Under the pieces are notes generated by a model. The model did no database searches and was not told the DNA's origin. It saw only the letters and a program-made list of their open reading frames with translations. DNA of 64,000 nt from contig CAYPEK010000004.1 in assembly GCA_964409645.1 (NCBI GenBank), forward strand, positions 6,135 to 70,134, given 5' to 3'. The stretch is from an uncultured bacterium (lineage in GTDB: Bacteria; UBP15; UBA6099). Below are positions 1-11,129 of this stretch, one piece after another (position 1 is the first letter of the stretch; each line of letters starts with the position of its first letter). A program made the translations under genes and the position numbers.

Positions 1-757
1 GCGGCTCGGCCGAGCGCTCGATTCCTGTATAAGAACATGGATTGAACGGCAAGGCAAAAATCCATCGCGTGGCGGTTAGGCGCGTTAACTTTCACGCCGT
101 CGCGTTTTTCTATGTCCGCCATCAGCTCCGCTATAGGCGGGTGCGGAGGTACAGAATGCCGCTCTATACTTTCCTCGAATATAGCCTTTAACTTGGCATC
201 GTCGATATCATCGCGATCTCTTCTGTAAGTATTTCCCGATAGTGAACTGCCGACGAAGCTTACGTCGCAGCGATACGGCAAGCAGGCGGGATCGTCCGGC
301 GGAACACGCCTGAATCGGGCCGGGTTTGTTCCCAACGGCAGATATTCCGCAATAGCGCAGCCGAGTTCGCGCAACGGCTCCACGAACGCCCGATCCCATG
401 AGAAGGCAAAGAATTTATCGATAATATTGTTGCGGTTCATGGCAAGAAACGGGTCATCGACAAACCACGCCACGACAGGTATGCCGAGAGAGTCGAAAAA
501 TTCCGGCTCATTCCTGACAACTCCCGCGTCCACCGTGAAAATGAAGTCGGGCTCGAAATCGCGAAAGAATTCCACGACTTTGTCTTTTACTCCGGCGAAC
601 TCGCCGTTTTCATCCAAGTATATTCTCAGATCGAACCCTATGACTCCGTTTTTTTCGAGCGCGATGCGGCAGTCCGTCGCTATGAACGGAACCACGAGGC
701 CGCCGCCGTTCAGAACAATTACTCGTTTGAATTCCTTATTTTTATTTACATCTGACA
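1..757 (-). CDS. N-terminal 252 aa of a putative glycosyltransferase-like protein (CgeB/DUF3880-like); the C-terminus lies beyond the window start
   Basis: The minus-strand frame is open from ATG (revcomp of 755-757) to position 1. It translates [30 protein letters not shown]...[20 protein letters not shown]. It is absent from the ORF track because no stop occurs in the window. The + strand ORF 427-813 is low-complexity shadow of this gene. Confidence 0.4.
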
Positions 758-925
758 TTTGCTTCGTCCGTCCGCCGTCCACTCGGACGGTATTTTGGCA
801 TTATAGCACTTAATTCGACACGTGCCACTCGAATGCGGATCGTTTTGCGAAGCGGCGGTTGTTGGCTTATAATGAGTTTCGAATACCGTCGGCAGCCTGT
901 CGGCGGGCGGGAGCGGTTGCGCCGG

Positions 926-2914
926 ATGAGAATCAGCCTGACATCGAGAATGGTGCTCTCTTTCCTTATCGTCGTCGCGGTATCTATCTCAGTGCCCTCC
1001 CTTTACTCTTTCGGGTATCTCTCGCGGATTGTCTATCACGAAGCGCAGTTGAAGATGGAGTCCGACCTCGAGATTGCGAACCTGCTGCTTCGGCAGAAGA
1101 GGCAGTCGCTGCTGATGCCGGCTCGCGTGTTGTCGAACGACATCTCATTCAACAGGATACTCGCCGGGCGCGTCGGCGAACTCGTGAAAGTGCGTGTGAA
1201 GTATTTCGTGCGCGGCCTCTCCGAAAACGATCTGACGTATATGACGGTGACGGACAGCGATGGAGTTGTACTGTTCCGTTCGCAGGCGGCGTACTCGACA
1301 GGGGACAGCCTGCTGAACGATCCGGCGGTGCGTCGCGCGCTCGGCGGCGAGGAAGTGCTGACGTTCAAACGGCTCGAACCGTACGAGTTGTGGCGCGAGG
1401 GACTGCTCGCGGAGCCGCCCGGGCCGGGAAGCCGCGAGGAAGGGCTGGCGATTCTCGCGGTGGTGCCGGTTTTCATGCAGTACGGAGCGGACGAATCGGA
1501 GAGCTTCGCCTCCGAGGGCGGGCGCGAGGTGGTCGGCACGATCATGGTCGGCTACTTGCTGAACAGGGACAAAACACTTCTCAATGAAATACATTCGAGG
1601 ACTCGCGGGACGGCGAGCATATACACGCAGCGCGGGCTCGTTGCGTCGTCCGATAAGAGCTGGAACGGCGAACTTACAAAATCGGTTTTCGAGGAACTCG
1701 GAAAAGAAGGCCGAAGGCAATGGATCGCCGGACGGACACGGCACGGGGAGATCACGGGTTACGTGACGCTGAAAGGGATGAACGGGCGTCCGGAGGCGGC
1801 GTTTGAACTGCGCAACTCGACAACAGGGATCAACCGGGCGCGCGCCATGTCGTTGCGCGACAACTTTTTCTTCATTCTGATCGGGATCGCGGTGGCTGTG
1901 GCGCTCGGCGGCTTCCTCGCGCGGCGGATCACGGACCCGGTGCAGAAGCTGCGCAAGGGCGCGGAAGAGATCGGCCGCGGGAACCTTATGTACAGGATCG
2001 ATCTCCCCGGCGGCGACGAGCTCTCTCAGCTCGCGGACGCGTTCAACGACATGAGCGTTAGGCTGTTCCGTTCGATGGAGGAGATGCGGCTTTCCAAACG
2101 ACAGGTGGAAGACTATTCGCAGCGCCTTAAGTCGGCGCACTCAAGTCTCGAAATGTACTCCCGCGAGCTCGAAAAGGTGAATCAGGAACTCCTTCGCACT
2201 AACATCAGCCTGCGGAAGGCGAACGAGGTCAAAGACACATTTCTTTCGACGGTGTCACACGAACTTAAGACGCCGCTGACGACGATTATCGGGTACATAT
2301 CGATGACATTGGAGGGAGCGCTAGGGCCGGTGACTGAAGATACGCGGCAGGGCCTTGAGGTGGTTCTGCGGCGCGGACGAAACCTTCAGGACCTGATCAG
2401 CGACCTGCTGAGCCTGTCAAGAATCGACGCGGGAAGAGTTGAGTTGCGCAAAAGCTATATCGACATCGCCACGGAGGTGCGCAGCCTCGAAGAAGTGTTT
2501 TCGGAGCGCCTGCGCGAGGCGGAGCTGTCGATCGAGTTGCTTATCGCGGACAACCTGCCGCACGTTTACGCGGACCGCGACCGCATCAATCAGGTGCTTC
2601 TGAACCTCGTCGGCAACGCGGTGAAGTTCACACCCGCCGGAGGGCTTATCACGGTCAGGACGGCGCATGTAAAGGAATCGAACTGCATCGAAGTTTCGGT
2701 CTCGGACACCGGCATCGGCATTCCCGAGAGCGAACTGGTGCACATCTTCGAGCGGTTCTATCAAGTGGACAAGCATGACGGACGCGAGTATGGAGGAACG
2801 GGGCTGGGACTGGCGATTGCAAAAGAACTGGTGGAGCTGCACGGCGGCAGCATATCGGTGGAAAGCCGCACCGGACGAGGCAGCAAATTCACGTTCACAC
2901 TTCCGCTGAAGTGA
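926..2914 (+). CDS. Orphan sensor histidine kinase with TM1, a ~280-aa periplasmic sensor, TM2, HAMP, coiled coil, HisKA and HATPase_c
   Basis: HisKA H-box [21 protein letters not shown]. HATPase motifs [16 protein letters not shown] and [39 protein letters not shown]. Two hydrophobic segments flank a long extracytoplasmic region. The in-frame ATG at 926 gives [19 protein letters not shown]. Confidence 0.85.
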   Translation: MRISLTSRMVLSFLIVVAVSISVPSLYSFGYLSRIVYHEAQLKMESDLEIANLLLRQKRQSLLMPARVLSNDISFNRILAGRVGELVKVRVKYFVRGLSENDLTYMTVTDSDGVVLFRSQAAYSTGDSLLNDPAVRRALGGEEVLTFKRLEPYELWREGLLAEPPGPGSREEGLAILAVVPVFMQYGADESESFASEGGREVVGTIMVGYLLNRDKTLLNEIHSRTRGTASIYTQRGLVASSDKSWNGELTKSVFEELGKEGRRQWIAGRTRHGEITGYVTLKGMNGRPEAAFELRNSTTGINRARAMSLRDNFFFILIGIAVAVALGGFLARRITDPVQKLRKGAEEIGRGNLMYRIDLPGGDELSQLADAFNDMSVRLFRSMEEMRLSKRQVEDYSQRLKSAHSSLEMYSRELEKVNQELLRTNISLRKANEVKDTFLSTVSHELKTPLTTIIGYISMTLEGALGPVTEDTRQGLEVVLRRGRNLQDLISDLLSLSRIDAGRVELRKSYIDIATEVRSLEEVFSERLREAELSIELLIADNLPHVYADRDRINQVLLNLVGNAVKFTPAGGLITVRTAHVKESNCIEVSVSDTGIGIPESELVHIFERFYQVDKHDGREYGGTGLGLAIAKELVELHGGSISVESRTGRGSKFTFTLPLK

Positions 2915-3003
2915 AAGCGGACTGGCGCGAATCCACATTTAATAATATAAATCAGCGGCGAAGGACGCCGAATCCGGCGCCGCGCAGCAAAGGAGCGGGC
3001 ATA

Positions 3004-4248
3004 ATGAAAAAAACATTGAAAGTTATTGTTATCGCGATAGCGGCAGCGGCGTTTCTGGCGGCACACGCGGCGGCAATCGAACCGTTCGTAAAGGAACTCA
3101 AGTCACCGACGTTCAGCAGTCCGGCATTCTCGTTGCCGGGCGGCGCGATCCCTGTCGAGTTCGATGTCGCGGCGGACAGCCAAGCAACGGCGGCGACTCT
3201 CACCGGGTCGCTGGACGGTAAACAGGCGGCGGCGGTCACCCTCGATGTCGCATTAAAAACCGGACCTAACAATTTCGATTTCAACCTTCCGGCGGACACA
3301 GCGCCGGGGATGTACGACCTATGCATCAGCTTCACCGGCGCGGACGGCTCAGCGAAACAAAATTGCCAGCCGCATTCGGTGTCGGTCGTGAAGTCGTTCG
3401 ACGCGCCATTCACGTTCGTGCAGATCACCGACTTCCACGTCGGCGACCCGAGAGCCGAGCAGCAATTTCCGGGCATCGACATCGAGCGCGTGCGGATCGC
3501 CGCGATCGAAGAAGCCAATAAGCAAAATCCAGCGTTCATCCTCATGACGGGCGACATCAACTCGTACTCGAACAGTTACGACTCCGACTACCCTCACGGC
3601 GTCAAACTGATTATCGATCACGCAAAGGCCCCGACAGTGATCGTCCCGGGCAACCACGACTTCTACGCTTGGAGCGACAACACGGGAAAGATCATCATCG
3701 ACGGCAGCGATTACTGGCCCCAGTTCTACGGGCCGAAGCACCGCGTGCTCGACTTCGGGCAGTTCAGGTTTATCTGCTTCAATTCGTACGACTGGCCGTC
3801 GGAGCCGCGCAATATGAACAAGGAATATCAGAGCAAGGCGGGCCTCACCCACACGTACAGCGGCACGCTGAGCAAATCGGAATACCAGTGGGTGAAAAAC
3901 GCGCTCGACACGAAGGGCGACCTCACGCCTATCCTCTCCGCGCATCACAGCCCGCAGACGTTCGAATACATGCCGCAGCAATGGTGCAAGGACTGCGCCG
4001 GTCAGACTAAATTTCTCGCGATGATTAATAAATACAAAGTTCCGTATTACATCTACGGCCACATCCACGCCAACTCGGACGTGAAGGTGAAGGACACTGA
4101 GTATATCGCGACAACATCCGCCGGGAGCAGCGTCGAAGGCCCGGAAGGTGAGTTTTGGGGTATCCGCATCGTGAACACAGCGGCGGACAGGACGATCTCG
4201 ACTAAATATATAAGGCTTTTCGACGCGCCGCCGATGAAGGATAAATAA
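3004..4248 (+). CDS. Secreted calcineurin-like metallophosphoesterase
   Basis: N-terminal signal peptide MKKTLKVIVIAIAAAAFLAAHAAA. Phosphoesterase motifs ITDFHVGD, ILMTGDINSY, VIVPGNHDF and YIYGHIHAN. Confidence 0.75.
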   Translation: MKKTLKVIVIAIAAAAFLAAHAAAIEPFVKELKSPTFSSPAFSLPGGAIPVEFDVAADSQATAATLTGSLDGKQAAAVTLDVALKTGPNNFDFNLPADTAPGMYDLCISFTGADGSAKQNCQPHSVSVVKSFDAPFTFVQITDFHVGDPRAEQQFPGIDIERVRIAAIEEANKQNPAFILMTGDINSYSNSYDSDYPHGVKLIIDHAKAPTVIVPGNHDFYAWSDNTGKIIIDGSDYWPQFYGPKHRVLDFGQFRFICFNSYDWPSEPRNMNKEYQSKAGLTHTYSGTLSKSEYQWVKNALDTKGDLTPILSAHHSPQTFEYMPQQWCKDCAGQTKFLAMINKYKVPYYIYGHIHANSDVKVKDTEYIATTSAGSSVEGPEGEFWGIRIVNTAADRTISTKYIRLFDAPPMKDK

Positions 4249-4251
4249 GAA

Positions 4252-5022
4252 ATGATGCTGAAGATATACGCAACGCGGGCGGACGAGCCTGCATGGAACA
4301 TGGCGCTCGACGAGGCGCTGCTGGATGAGGCGGCGGCGGACCGCGCCGCGCCGTTCGTGCGATTCTACACGTGGACACCGCCCGCGATCACGGTCGGCTT
4401 CTCACAGGACCCGTCCGTCGAGACGGACACGGAGGCGTGCCACGCGGCGGGAGTGCCGGTTATAAGGCGCATTACCGGCGGCGGCGCCGTATTCCACGAA
4501 AACGAGTTGACATACAGCATGGTCCTGCCTGCCTCAAGCGCGCCGGGGCCTCTGGAGGCGTCGTACAAGCTGATATGCGGGGCGATCGCGACCGGCCTCA
4601 ATTTTTTGAAAAATGGTTTTGAATTCTCTCCCGTTAATGATATTATCTATCATGGGAAAAAAGTGAGCGGCAGCGCGCAGGTTCGGCGCGGCGGTATGCT
4701 CCTCCAACACGGGACTATCCTTCTCGATCCGGACGCGGAAAGAATGTTCAAGCTGCTGAAGGTGCCGGAAGGAAAATTCAGAAAGCATGGCCACGTGAGC
4801 GCGCGGGAACGCGTGGGCGGCCTGCGGGAGGCGCTGGGAAGAAAAGTTACCGCGGAAGAAACGGAAGAAGCGGTGTTAAAGGGTCTGCGCGGCGCATTCG
4901 GTATCGACAGCAAACCATCGGAGTTCCCGGACGGAGTGATCGAAGCCGCGAAGCGTATCAGGCCGCAATACGAATCGGAAAGCTGGAATATGAGGCGCGA
5001 AAAGCCGGCGCCGAAAATATAA
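4252..5022 (+). CDS. Lipoate-protein ligase / octanoyltransferase family protein (LplA/LipM-like catalytic domain)
   Basis: BPL_LplA_LipB-like sequence: NMALDEALL, RFYTWTPPAITVGFSQ, ITGGGAVFHENELTYS, and a conserved lysine in HGKKVSGSAQ. Confidence 0.7.
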   Translation: MMLKIYATRADEPAWNMALDEALLDEAAADRAAPFVRFYTWTPPAITVGFSQDPSVETDTEACHAAGVPVIRRITGGGAVFHENELTYSMVLPASSAPGPLEASYKLICGAIATGLNFLKNGFEFSPVNDIIYHGKKVSGSAQVRRGGMLLQHGTILLDPDAERMFKLLKVPEGKFRKHGHVSARERVGGLREALGRKVTAEETEEAVLKGLRGAFGIDSKPSEFPDGVIEAAKRIRPQYESESWNMRREKPAPKI

Positions 5023-5052
5023 TCCCCCGTATCAAGGAGGTTTCACCTACTG

Positions 5053-5559
5053 ATGAAATTCAAAGCCGAATACGTTTTCAACGGCCCGATCGACATGGTG
5101 TGGGAAGCGAGAGAAAAAAGGTTCCACACTCCCGACCTGTTCCCCGAACTCCAGAAACATCAGGAGATCGAGCGCCGCGAGGAGGGAAAGAAGATTTTCT
5201 CGAAACGGCTCATCGAAATTTCGTCGAGCATCCCGAAGCCGCTCCAGAAAATTCTTTCCCCGGACATGCTGAACTGCACCGACGAATCGGTGTTCGACAT
5301 GGAAACCAACGTGCATACGTGGAACGTTGTGCCGAACCTCAAAACGAAAGTGTTCAAGTGCGTCGGTTACTCGAAATACACGGAGTTCGACGACGGCGGC
5401 GAGAAGAAAACACGCCGCGAGCTCGAACTGACCGTCACCGTCGATATCCCGCTGCTCGGCAAGATGGCCGAACAGGTAATCCTCGACGGCTACAAGAAGA
5501 ATCTCGAAAAAGACAACCAGACGCTCACAAAGATGATCGAAGTTTTGAAAAAAGGATGA
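5053..5559 (+). CDS. Hypothetical protein, possibly SRPBCC/Bet v1-like fold
   Basis: Clean 168-aa ORF in a gap between annotated genes. I did not recognise a family. Confidence 0.4.
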   Translation: MKFKAEYVFNGPIDMVWEAREKRFHTPDLFPELQKHQEIERREEGKKIFSKRLIEISSSIPKPLQKILSPDMLNCTDESVFDMETNVHTWNVVPNLKTKVFKCVGYSKYTEFDDGGEKKTRRELELTVTVDIPLLGKMAEQVILDGYKKNLEKDNQTLTKMIEVLKKG

Positions 5560-5594
5560 ACGCGGCCGCAGTGTCATCCAAGGGGACTGATTAA

Positions 5595-6173
5595 GTGAAC
5601 GTTTATTCAGCAATACAACGGCGGCGCACGATCCGGCGGTTCAAAGAAACGCCCATCTCGGAGGCGTCGCTTATAAAACTCGTCGATGTCGCCCGGCTTG
5701 CGCCCTCCGCGGGCAACCAGCAGCCGCTCGAATACGTCACGGTCAATTCGAAGGAAAAATGCAGCGCCGTGTTCCCGCTCCTCAAGTGGGCGCGGTTCAT
5801 CAAACCCGACGACACGCCGCCCGAGGGCAAGCGGCCCGGCGCATATATAATCGTTCTGATAAACAGAAGCATCGCGTCGAAAGGCGGTTCGCACGACGCG
5901 GGCGCGGCGGTGCAGAACATCATGCTCGCCGCGCTCGAGGACGATATCGGCTCGTGCTGGCTGCGAACGATCGACCGCTCGGCAATAAAGGAGCTGTTCG
6001 GCATCCCGGACCACGTCGAAGTGGACAGCGTGATCGCGCTCGGCAAGTCCGCCGAATCACCGATGACCGAAACCGCACGCAGCGAAAACATCGAATACTG
6101 GCGCGACGAACGCGGTCTGATGCACGTGCCGAAACGCAAAATCGACAACGTTCTTCACAAGGAAAAATACTGA
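5595..6173 (+). CDS. Nitroreductase family protein
   Basis: Opens with the family hallmark IQRRRTIRRFKETPISEASLIKLVDVARLAPSAGNQQPLEYVTV, followed by GSCWL. Confidence 0.85.
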   Translation: MNVYSAIQRRRTIRRFKETPISEASLIKLVDVARLAPSAGNQQPLEYVTVNSKEKCSAVFPLLKWARFIKPDDTPPEGKRPGAYIIVLINRSIASKGGSHDAGAAVQNIMLAALEDDIGSCWLRTIDRSAIKELFGIPDHVEVDSVIALGKSAESPMTETARSENIEYWRDERGLMHVPKRKIDNVLHKEKY

Positions 6174-6187
6174 CGCGGGACGCAACA

Positions 6188-8185
6188 ATGCCCGACGAAA
6201 ACAAACCGCGCCCGGACTACCCCACCCTTACGACTGTGCATATCGCGACGCCGCAGATCACCTCCGGCGGCGATTTCGTTTACAGGCTCAGACAGCCTGA
6301 CACCGCTCTCGGCCGCATCCCCGGCGTCGCCACCGCGAGCATCACAAACATCTTCTCCCGCAGACGCGCGCTGTGCCTCAATGCCGACATCCTCGTCATA
6401 CAACTCCTCGGCGACCCTGATATGCTCCCGATTATGCTCGCGCGCCGCGCCGCAGGCAGACCGACGATCTTCGAAATCTCGGACAACTTCATGAACTTTC
6501 AGCTTTCGAATCCGGCCGCCGCATATCACGACGTCCCCGAAAACCGCGCATGCATCCTTCAGCTAATCGCGGAGGCGGACGCCGTTCAGACGACAGTTCC
6601 GCAGCTCAAAGAACTCTATTCGAAATACAACCCTCACATTGAGGTGTTTGAAAACCAGATCGAAACACCCGGCAGCACCGAGAAGCCCGACGGGCCTGTC
6701 GTCGTAGGTTGGGGCGGAAGTGTCGGCCACTTCGAGGACATCCGCGCCGCGGCGCCCGAAATTGTCCGCTGGCTCAACAGCCGCGCGGACGTTGTTTTCT
6801 CGCTTATGGCGGACCCGAAATTCAAGTCGTTTTTCAGCAACGCTCCGAAGAACAGGTTCCGATTCACACCTCCCGGCTCGCTTCAGGATTACTACTCGTT
6901 TGTCGGCGGTCTCCATATCGGGATCGCGCCGCTCAGGGACGACCCTTTCAACCTCTGCCGCTCAGACGTCAAATTCATCGAGTACGCATCCCACGGAGTA
7001 GTGCCGGTCTGCTCGGACGTGCCGACGTACAATCGCACGCTTCGCGACGGCGTAACGGGTTTTCTTTTCAGCAATACGGAGCAGATGATAGGAATTCTGG
7101 ACCGGCTCGCGACGGACATCACGCTGCGAAAAAAAATCGCGTCGCAGGCTTATGAATACATTAAAAACGAACGCTCGGAGCAGGCGGCGGCGGAACAACG
7201 ACTCGTATTTTACAAATCGCTGCTTCCGCATAATTACGCGCCCGGCAGTCTCGACGAGAAAAAACTGGAATCCATGCCGGGACTGAAACGCTTCGGCGAT
7301 TCCGCTCATTTCATCCACGAACTCACATTTGCCGAACAGCACATCTATAACGCACTCGTCTATCTGTACAACCAAGGAAATCCGGAAGAGGCGGAGAGGT
7401 CCGCGCGTGCGGCGGTATCCGCGGAACCGGACCATTTCTACGTGAATTATGTTCTCGGTGAATCACTGCTGAAAACCAACCCACACGCGGCGGAGAAATG
7501 CTTCCGAAAAGCTGCGGGGCTGTTTCCCGAATCCTGCGCGTCACGCCTCGCGGCGGCAAGACTGTCGGCGGCGGCAGGCAAATACCCGGAAGCGCGCGCG
7601 GCTCTGCAAAAGATTCAAAAAGATTGCCCGGCTTTCGCGCAGGCTTTCGCTCTCGAAGCGGAAATATCAATTGCGGAAAATGACGCGGCCGGCGCGGAGG
7701 CTCTGCTGCGGCGCGCGCTCGAAGCCAACCGGTTCTACTCTCCCGCATCGCTTCGCCTCGGCGCGATGAAACTCGAATCCGGCGACGCCGAAGAGGCGGA
7801 AATATTCTTCCGCGATGCGGCGGAGACGCTGCCGCGCTCGGCTGATGCACGTTGCGGTATGGCAATCGCGCTCGATACGCTCGGCCGGGAGAACGAAGCA
7901 GCGGAATTGCTCCTCGAAGCTTTGCCGCTCGCGACGGACCCGGCGCCGGTGGCCGGCTCGATCCTTAAGATCGCGCTCGATCGTTACAAATCCGGAAAAT
8001 TCGAGGACGCACTTTCACTGCTCGACCGTCTGCTCGACGGCGTGCCCGATCTGCTCGAAGCTATTTTCTGGGCGGCGCGCATCGCCGAGCGATCGGGCGG
8101 AAAGAAAGCCGCCCTCCCATATCTCAAGCGCCTCGCGGCGGCGGACACAGCGGGGAAATACAAACGTTCTTATCAGGATATGTGA
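6188..8185 (+). CDS. Glycosyltransferase (GT1-like Rossmann C-terminal fold) fused to a C-terminal TPR-repeat domain
   Basis: The track ORF 5759-8185 overlaps the nitroreductase gene. The in-frame ATG at 6188 (MPDENKPRPDY) is the plausible start. The GT-like core is GWGGSVGHFEDI...HIGIAPLRDDPFNLCRSDVKFIEYASHGVVPVCSDVPTYNRTLRDGVTGFLF. The C-terminal ~300 aa is Ala/Leu-rich with TPR-like periodicity. Confidence 0.6.
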   Translation: MPDENKPRPDYPTLTTVHIATPQITSGGDFVYRLRQPDTALGRIPGVATASITNIFSRRRALCLNADILVIQLLGDPDMLPIMLARRAAGRPTIFEISDNFMNFQLSNPAAAYHDVPENRACILQLIAEADAVQTTVPQLKELYSKYNPHIEVFENQIETPGSTEKPDGPVVVGWGGSVGHFEDIRAAAPEIVRWLNSRADVVFSLMADPKFKSFFSNAPKNRFRFTPPGSLQDYYSFVGGLHIGIAPLRDDPFNLCRSDVKFIEYASHGVVPVCSDVPTYNRTLRDGVTGFLFSNTEQMIGILDRLATDITLRKKIASQAYEYIKNERSEQAAAEQRLVFYKSLLPHNYAPGSLDEKKLESMPGLKRFGDSAHFIHELTFAEQHIYNALVYLYNQGNPEEAERSARAAVSAEPDHFYVNYVLGESLLKTNPHAAEKCFRKAAGLFPESCASRLAAARLSAAAGKYPEARAALQKIQKDCPAFAQAFALEAEISIAENDAAGAEALLRRALEANRFYSPASLRLGAMKLESGDAEEAEIFFRDAAETLPRSADARCGMAIALDTLGRENEAAELLLEALPLATDPAPVAGSILKIALDRYKSGKFEDALSLLDRLLDGVPDLLEAIFWAARIAERSGGKKAALPYLKRLAAADTAGKYKRSYQDM

Positions 8186-8236
8186 ATAGATTGACGCGGG
8201 GACGCGCAGCAACGCGCCCCCGCAAGGGTACTATCA

Positions 8237-11089
8237 TCAGAACACAAGATTGTTCCTGTGGTTGGCCTGCTTGAGAATTTCGTCGAAGCTCTCGTCCGGC
8301 GTATTCTCTTTAGCTTCCTTCAGTTTCTTTTCCAGCTTCTTCGAGGGCGGATCACCGGGAATGTATTTGTAAACTTCCTCCAATTTCGCAAGCGACTCGT
8401 CCCACTTCCTCTGGAAATAGAATATGACGGCCTCTTCGTGCAGGCGCAGGCCTTTTTCCAGATCGTCCGGGATGCCGACTTCTTTCTTCTCTATAAGCTC
8501 GTAGATTTTCACCGGCTTTTCATAACCGGCGACCCATATTATGTCGAGCAGACGGGTGATAACGAACTCGTCGCACTCGACTTTCGTGAATTCCGATATC
8601 AACTTCTGCGTGTCGTAGTTTTTGCCGCCGCTTTCGAGGTGTTCCCCGAGTTCGACGGCGGGCCCCATCGCGGTGTAGTTGAACCGCCTGATGGACCCCA
8701 TGTTGCCGCAGATCATATCGCCCGTGTTGACTCCGCAGCGAACCTGAATGTCCGGCTTGCCGCGCTCGGCCCAGCCCACCCTCAATTCGGCGAGTTTCTC
8801 CTGCATTTCTATTGCCGTATAGCAACAGTTTTTTGCGTGTTCGGGGAACGGTATCGGCGCGCCGAAGATGCCCACTATGGCGTCGCCGATGTACTTGTCG
8901 AGTGTGCCGCCGTATTTCATAAGGATGTTCGTCATCGCGGTGAGATATTCGTTGAGAAGTTCGACGAGTTCCTCCGGCGTCATCGATTCCGATATCGTTG
9001 TAAAACCGGCGATATCGGAGAAGAAAACCGTTGCGTGCATCCGTTCGCCGCCGAGCTGCAGCTTGTCCGGGTTTGCGACGAGCGTATCGACGACCTGCGG
9101 GTTTACGTACGTCGAGAACATGCCCTTCATTTTCTTCTTTTCCTGCTCTTCTGTGATGTACCTGAAGAGGAATACGAGGAGGAATGTTCCGACAACGAGA
9201 ATGATCGGCGCGAGCAGCGGCAGATTGTATCTGAACTTGATGAACATGTAGTTGCAGAACACTGCGTAAAGCGCGGCGAAAAAGAACATGAGTGTGGCGT
9301 TGATGAGCGCGACAATAATGGAGGATTTGTGCTTGACCGCGCCGCCCGCTGAACCGAGACCGACCGCGAGCACGAAGAAGATCAGCACCACGAACCATTG
9401 GTTAACGCTGAGAATAAACTGGTTGGTGACGATAGTATTGATTACGTTCGCGTGTAGGCCGAGCACCTTGTAACGCGGTTCGAGCGGTGTCGGGTTAGTG
9501 TCCGCCGCGCCTGTTGCCGTAAGGCCCACAATCAGGATTCTGCCCTTCATATCCTCGACCATTTTTTCCGCCGCGACTGCATCGGATTCCCTGAATGCGG
9601 ATAGATTTTCACTCTCTTCCGGTGTAAGTTCCTGTCCCGATTCCTGCTTCTTTTTAATGGAGTACCACGTCAGGGAGTTGTATAAATTCCTGAAACTCAT
9701 GTGGCGAAAAAGCGACGTGTCCGCCCACATGCCCGTCCAGTTAATGAGCATCATCCCGTTAATGAGAGGAACTTCAACATCTCTTTTCGTCTTCGTCTTC
9801 GGATCGCGCGCATTCTTGAGGACAATTTTGTTCTTGCTGAAAACCACATCCTTCGGCTTCACGCCGAGATACTTCATTGCGACGAGAAGGTCTATATGCG
9901 GATACAGCCTTCCGTCGTACTCCACTACCGGCGCGATCAGCCTCATGGTGCCGTCGCCCTGCGTGAACTCGGCTTTCCTGATACCCTGACCCGCCACCTG
10001 CTCGCCGATCTCAGGCCACACGGGTTTGACTTTCCGCAACTCGACATATACGCCCTTCAATTTCTTGGGAACCGGGAAGGACCACTTGTCGTTTTGCTTG
10101 TGGAACTCGGCGAGTTCGGCAGCCTTTTCCTCTTTATCCTTCTTAATCATTTCAATGACGGACGCTTTGAAAGGTTCGCCCTTCTTTTTGTCCATCAGGT
10201 AGTCGAAATCCTTGATCAGCGCGTTTTCGTAAGCGTCGAAAACCGCGCCCTCGATGGGGTCCTCCGGCCGGTTCTTCGTGGGATAAGTAATGATGCGTTC
10301 GAAAATTTTTCTTATCCTTTTACTCTCTTTCAGATCCCTGATATCGTATGGCGAATCGAGACGATTCTTCGCGTCGTAAGTGAAATAGACGTTTTTCGCG
10401 GTTGTAGCGGCAGTTGCGATCACTTTCTCGCGATTGGGCGCGAGACCGCCTCGCGAACTTTCATTCTCTGCAAATGCGGCCACCTGCTGCATATAGTTCG
10501 AGAACGTCGTCATATTGGGATCGAAAAGAATTTCATCGAGTTTCGCGGCTATCGCCGGAGCGTTGGTCGCGGCATCCTGCTCTCCGAGCAATTCTCCGTA
10601 AAAACCGGCGTTCTGGAGCAACTGCGTCTGAAGCTGGGCGTCCTGAGTCAGGATAGAGCTGACCTGCTGTATCTTTCCGCTCAGGTCCTGAACCGCGATC
10701 GGAATATCGCTGAAGCTCATAGCCGTGTTAAGTTTCCGGCCGTAAGGCCAGTAATAGTTGATAGCAAACACAGTGGCGAGGGCATCGGCGTAATCTTTTC
10801 CAAGCCCTTCGATCAGATTCTGATAATAAACCGGATCATCCGGGAACGTGTTTTCCCATTCGAGGGTCGTCTCCTCGATCTCGACGATGATGACATCCTT
10901 GTTGGTCGGCGCTTTCGAGATCGCCTGCCGCAGCTTGAACTTCATGTCGAGGTCGGTGTTGAACAAATTCTTCAGCGGCCCCGACAGATAGAGAATTGCG
11001 AACAGGAGCGCAACCGCCAGTCCTATGAACGGCGATACAATGCGGCTCCTCTCTTCTGCCTTTGTCGGGAGTTTGAACGGTAACTTCAT
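8237..11089 (-). CDS. Membrane receptor class III adenylate cyclase (N-terminal TM, long CHASE2-like periplasmic domain, TM bundle, cyclase homology domain, C-terminal TPR-like tail). It keeps both metal-binding Asp but lacks the transition-state Asn/Arg (C1-like half).
   Basis: Cyclase homology domain motifs: VFFSDIAGFT (metal Asp1), LDKYIGDAIVGIFGAP (Lys + metal Asp2), RCGVNTGDMICGNMG. The distal motif reads YTAMGPAVELGEHLES instead of Y(D/T)xxGDxVNxAxR. A degenerate CHASE2-like signature VIIVEIEETTLEWENTFPDDP follows TM1. Confidence 0.85.
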   Translation of the reverse strand: MKLPFKLPTKAEERSRIVSPFIGLAVALLFAILYLSGPLKNLFNTDLDMKFKLRQAISKAPTNKDVIIVEIEETTLEWENTFPDDPVYYQNLIEGLGKDYADALATVFAINYYWPYGRKLNTAMSFSDIPIAVQDLSGKIQQVSSILTQDAQLQTQLLQNAGFYGELLGEQDAATNAPAIAAKLDEILFDPNMTTFSNYMQQVAAFAENESSRGGLAPNREKVIATAATTAKNVYFTYDAKNRLDSPYDIRDLKESKRIRKIFERIITYPTKNRPEDPIEGAVFDAYENALIKDFDYLMDKKKGEPFKASVIEMIKKDKEEKAAELAEFHKQNDKWSFPVPKKLKGVYVELRKVKPVWPEIGEQVAGQGIRKAEFTQGDGTMRLIAPVVEYDGRLYPHIDLLVAMKYLGVKPKDVVFSKNKIVLKNARDPKTKTKRDVEVPLINGMMLINWTGMWADTSLFRHMSFRNLYNSLTWYSIKKKQESGQELTPEESENLSAFRESDAVAAEKMVEDMKGRILIVGLTATGAADTNPTPLEPRYKVLGLHANVINTIVTNQFILSVNQWFVVLIFFVLAVGLGSAGGAVKHKSSIIVALINATLMFFFAALYAVFCNYMFIKFRYNLPLLAPIILVVGTFLLVFLFRYITEEQEKKKMKGMFSTYVNPQVVDTLVANPDKLQLGGERMHATVFFSDIAGFTTISESMTPEELVELLNEYLTAMTNILMKYGGTLDKYIGDAIVGIFGAPIPFPEHAKNCCYTAIEMQEKLAELRVGWAERGKPDIQVRCGVNTGDMICGNMGSIRRFNYTAMGPAVELGEHLESGGKNYDTQKLISEFTKVECDEFVITRLLDIIWVAGYEKPVKIYELIEKKEVGIPDDLEKGLRLHEEAVIFYFQRKWDESLAKLEEVYKYIPGDPPSKKLEKKLKEAKENTPDESFDEILKQANHRNNLVF

Positions 11090-11129
11090 GAGTATTCTCC
11101 TTGCGAAAGGCCGCGCGCGGCGGCGGTCG

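Noticed and set aside
427-813. Plus-strand 128-aa ORF
   Set aside because: It translates to a low-complexity Ser/Thr/Pro-rich sequence. It lies antisense to a convincing minus-strand glycosyltransferase-like reading frame (1-757) that the track omitted because it has no in-window stop.
1145-2140. Long antisense ORFs inside high-GC genes. Examples: 1145-2140(-), 3349-4068(-), 8258-9352(+), 9701-11083(+), 12303-13088(+), 16993-18270(-), 20526-21770(+), 26845-27861(+), 27398-28450(-), 35787-37049(+), 37320-38171(+), 53262-54857(+), 57599-59044(+), 58681-59595(-).
   Set aside because: These are typical stop-poor antisense frames of GC-rich DNA. Their translations are Arg/Ala/Pro-rich with no motifs, and each is fully contained in a gene with clear family signatures on the other strand.
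5759-6187. Upstream extension of the 808-aa track ORF overlapping the nitroreductase gene
   Set aside because: The extension is Arg/Ala-rich frame-shadow of the nitroreductase. A recognisable GT-TPR protein begins at the in-frame ATG 6188, immediately after the nitroreductase stop.
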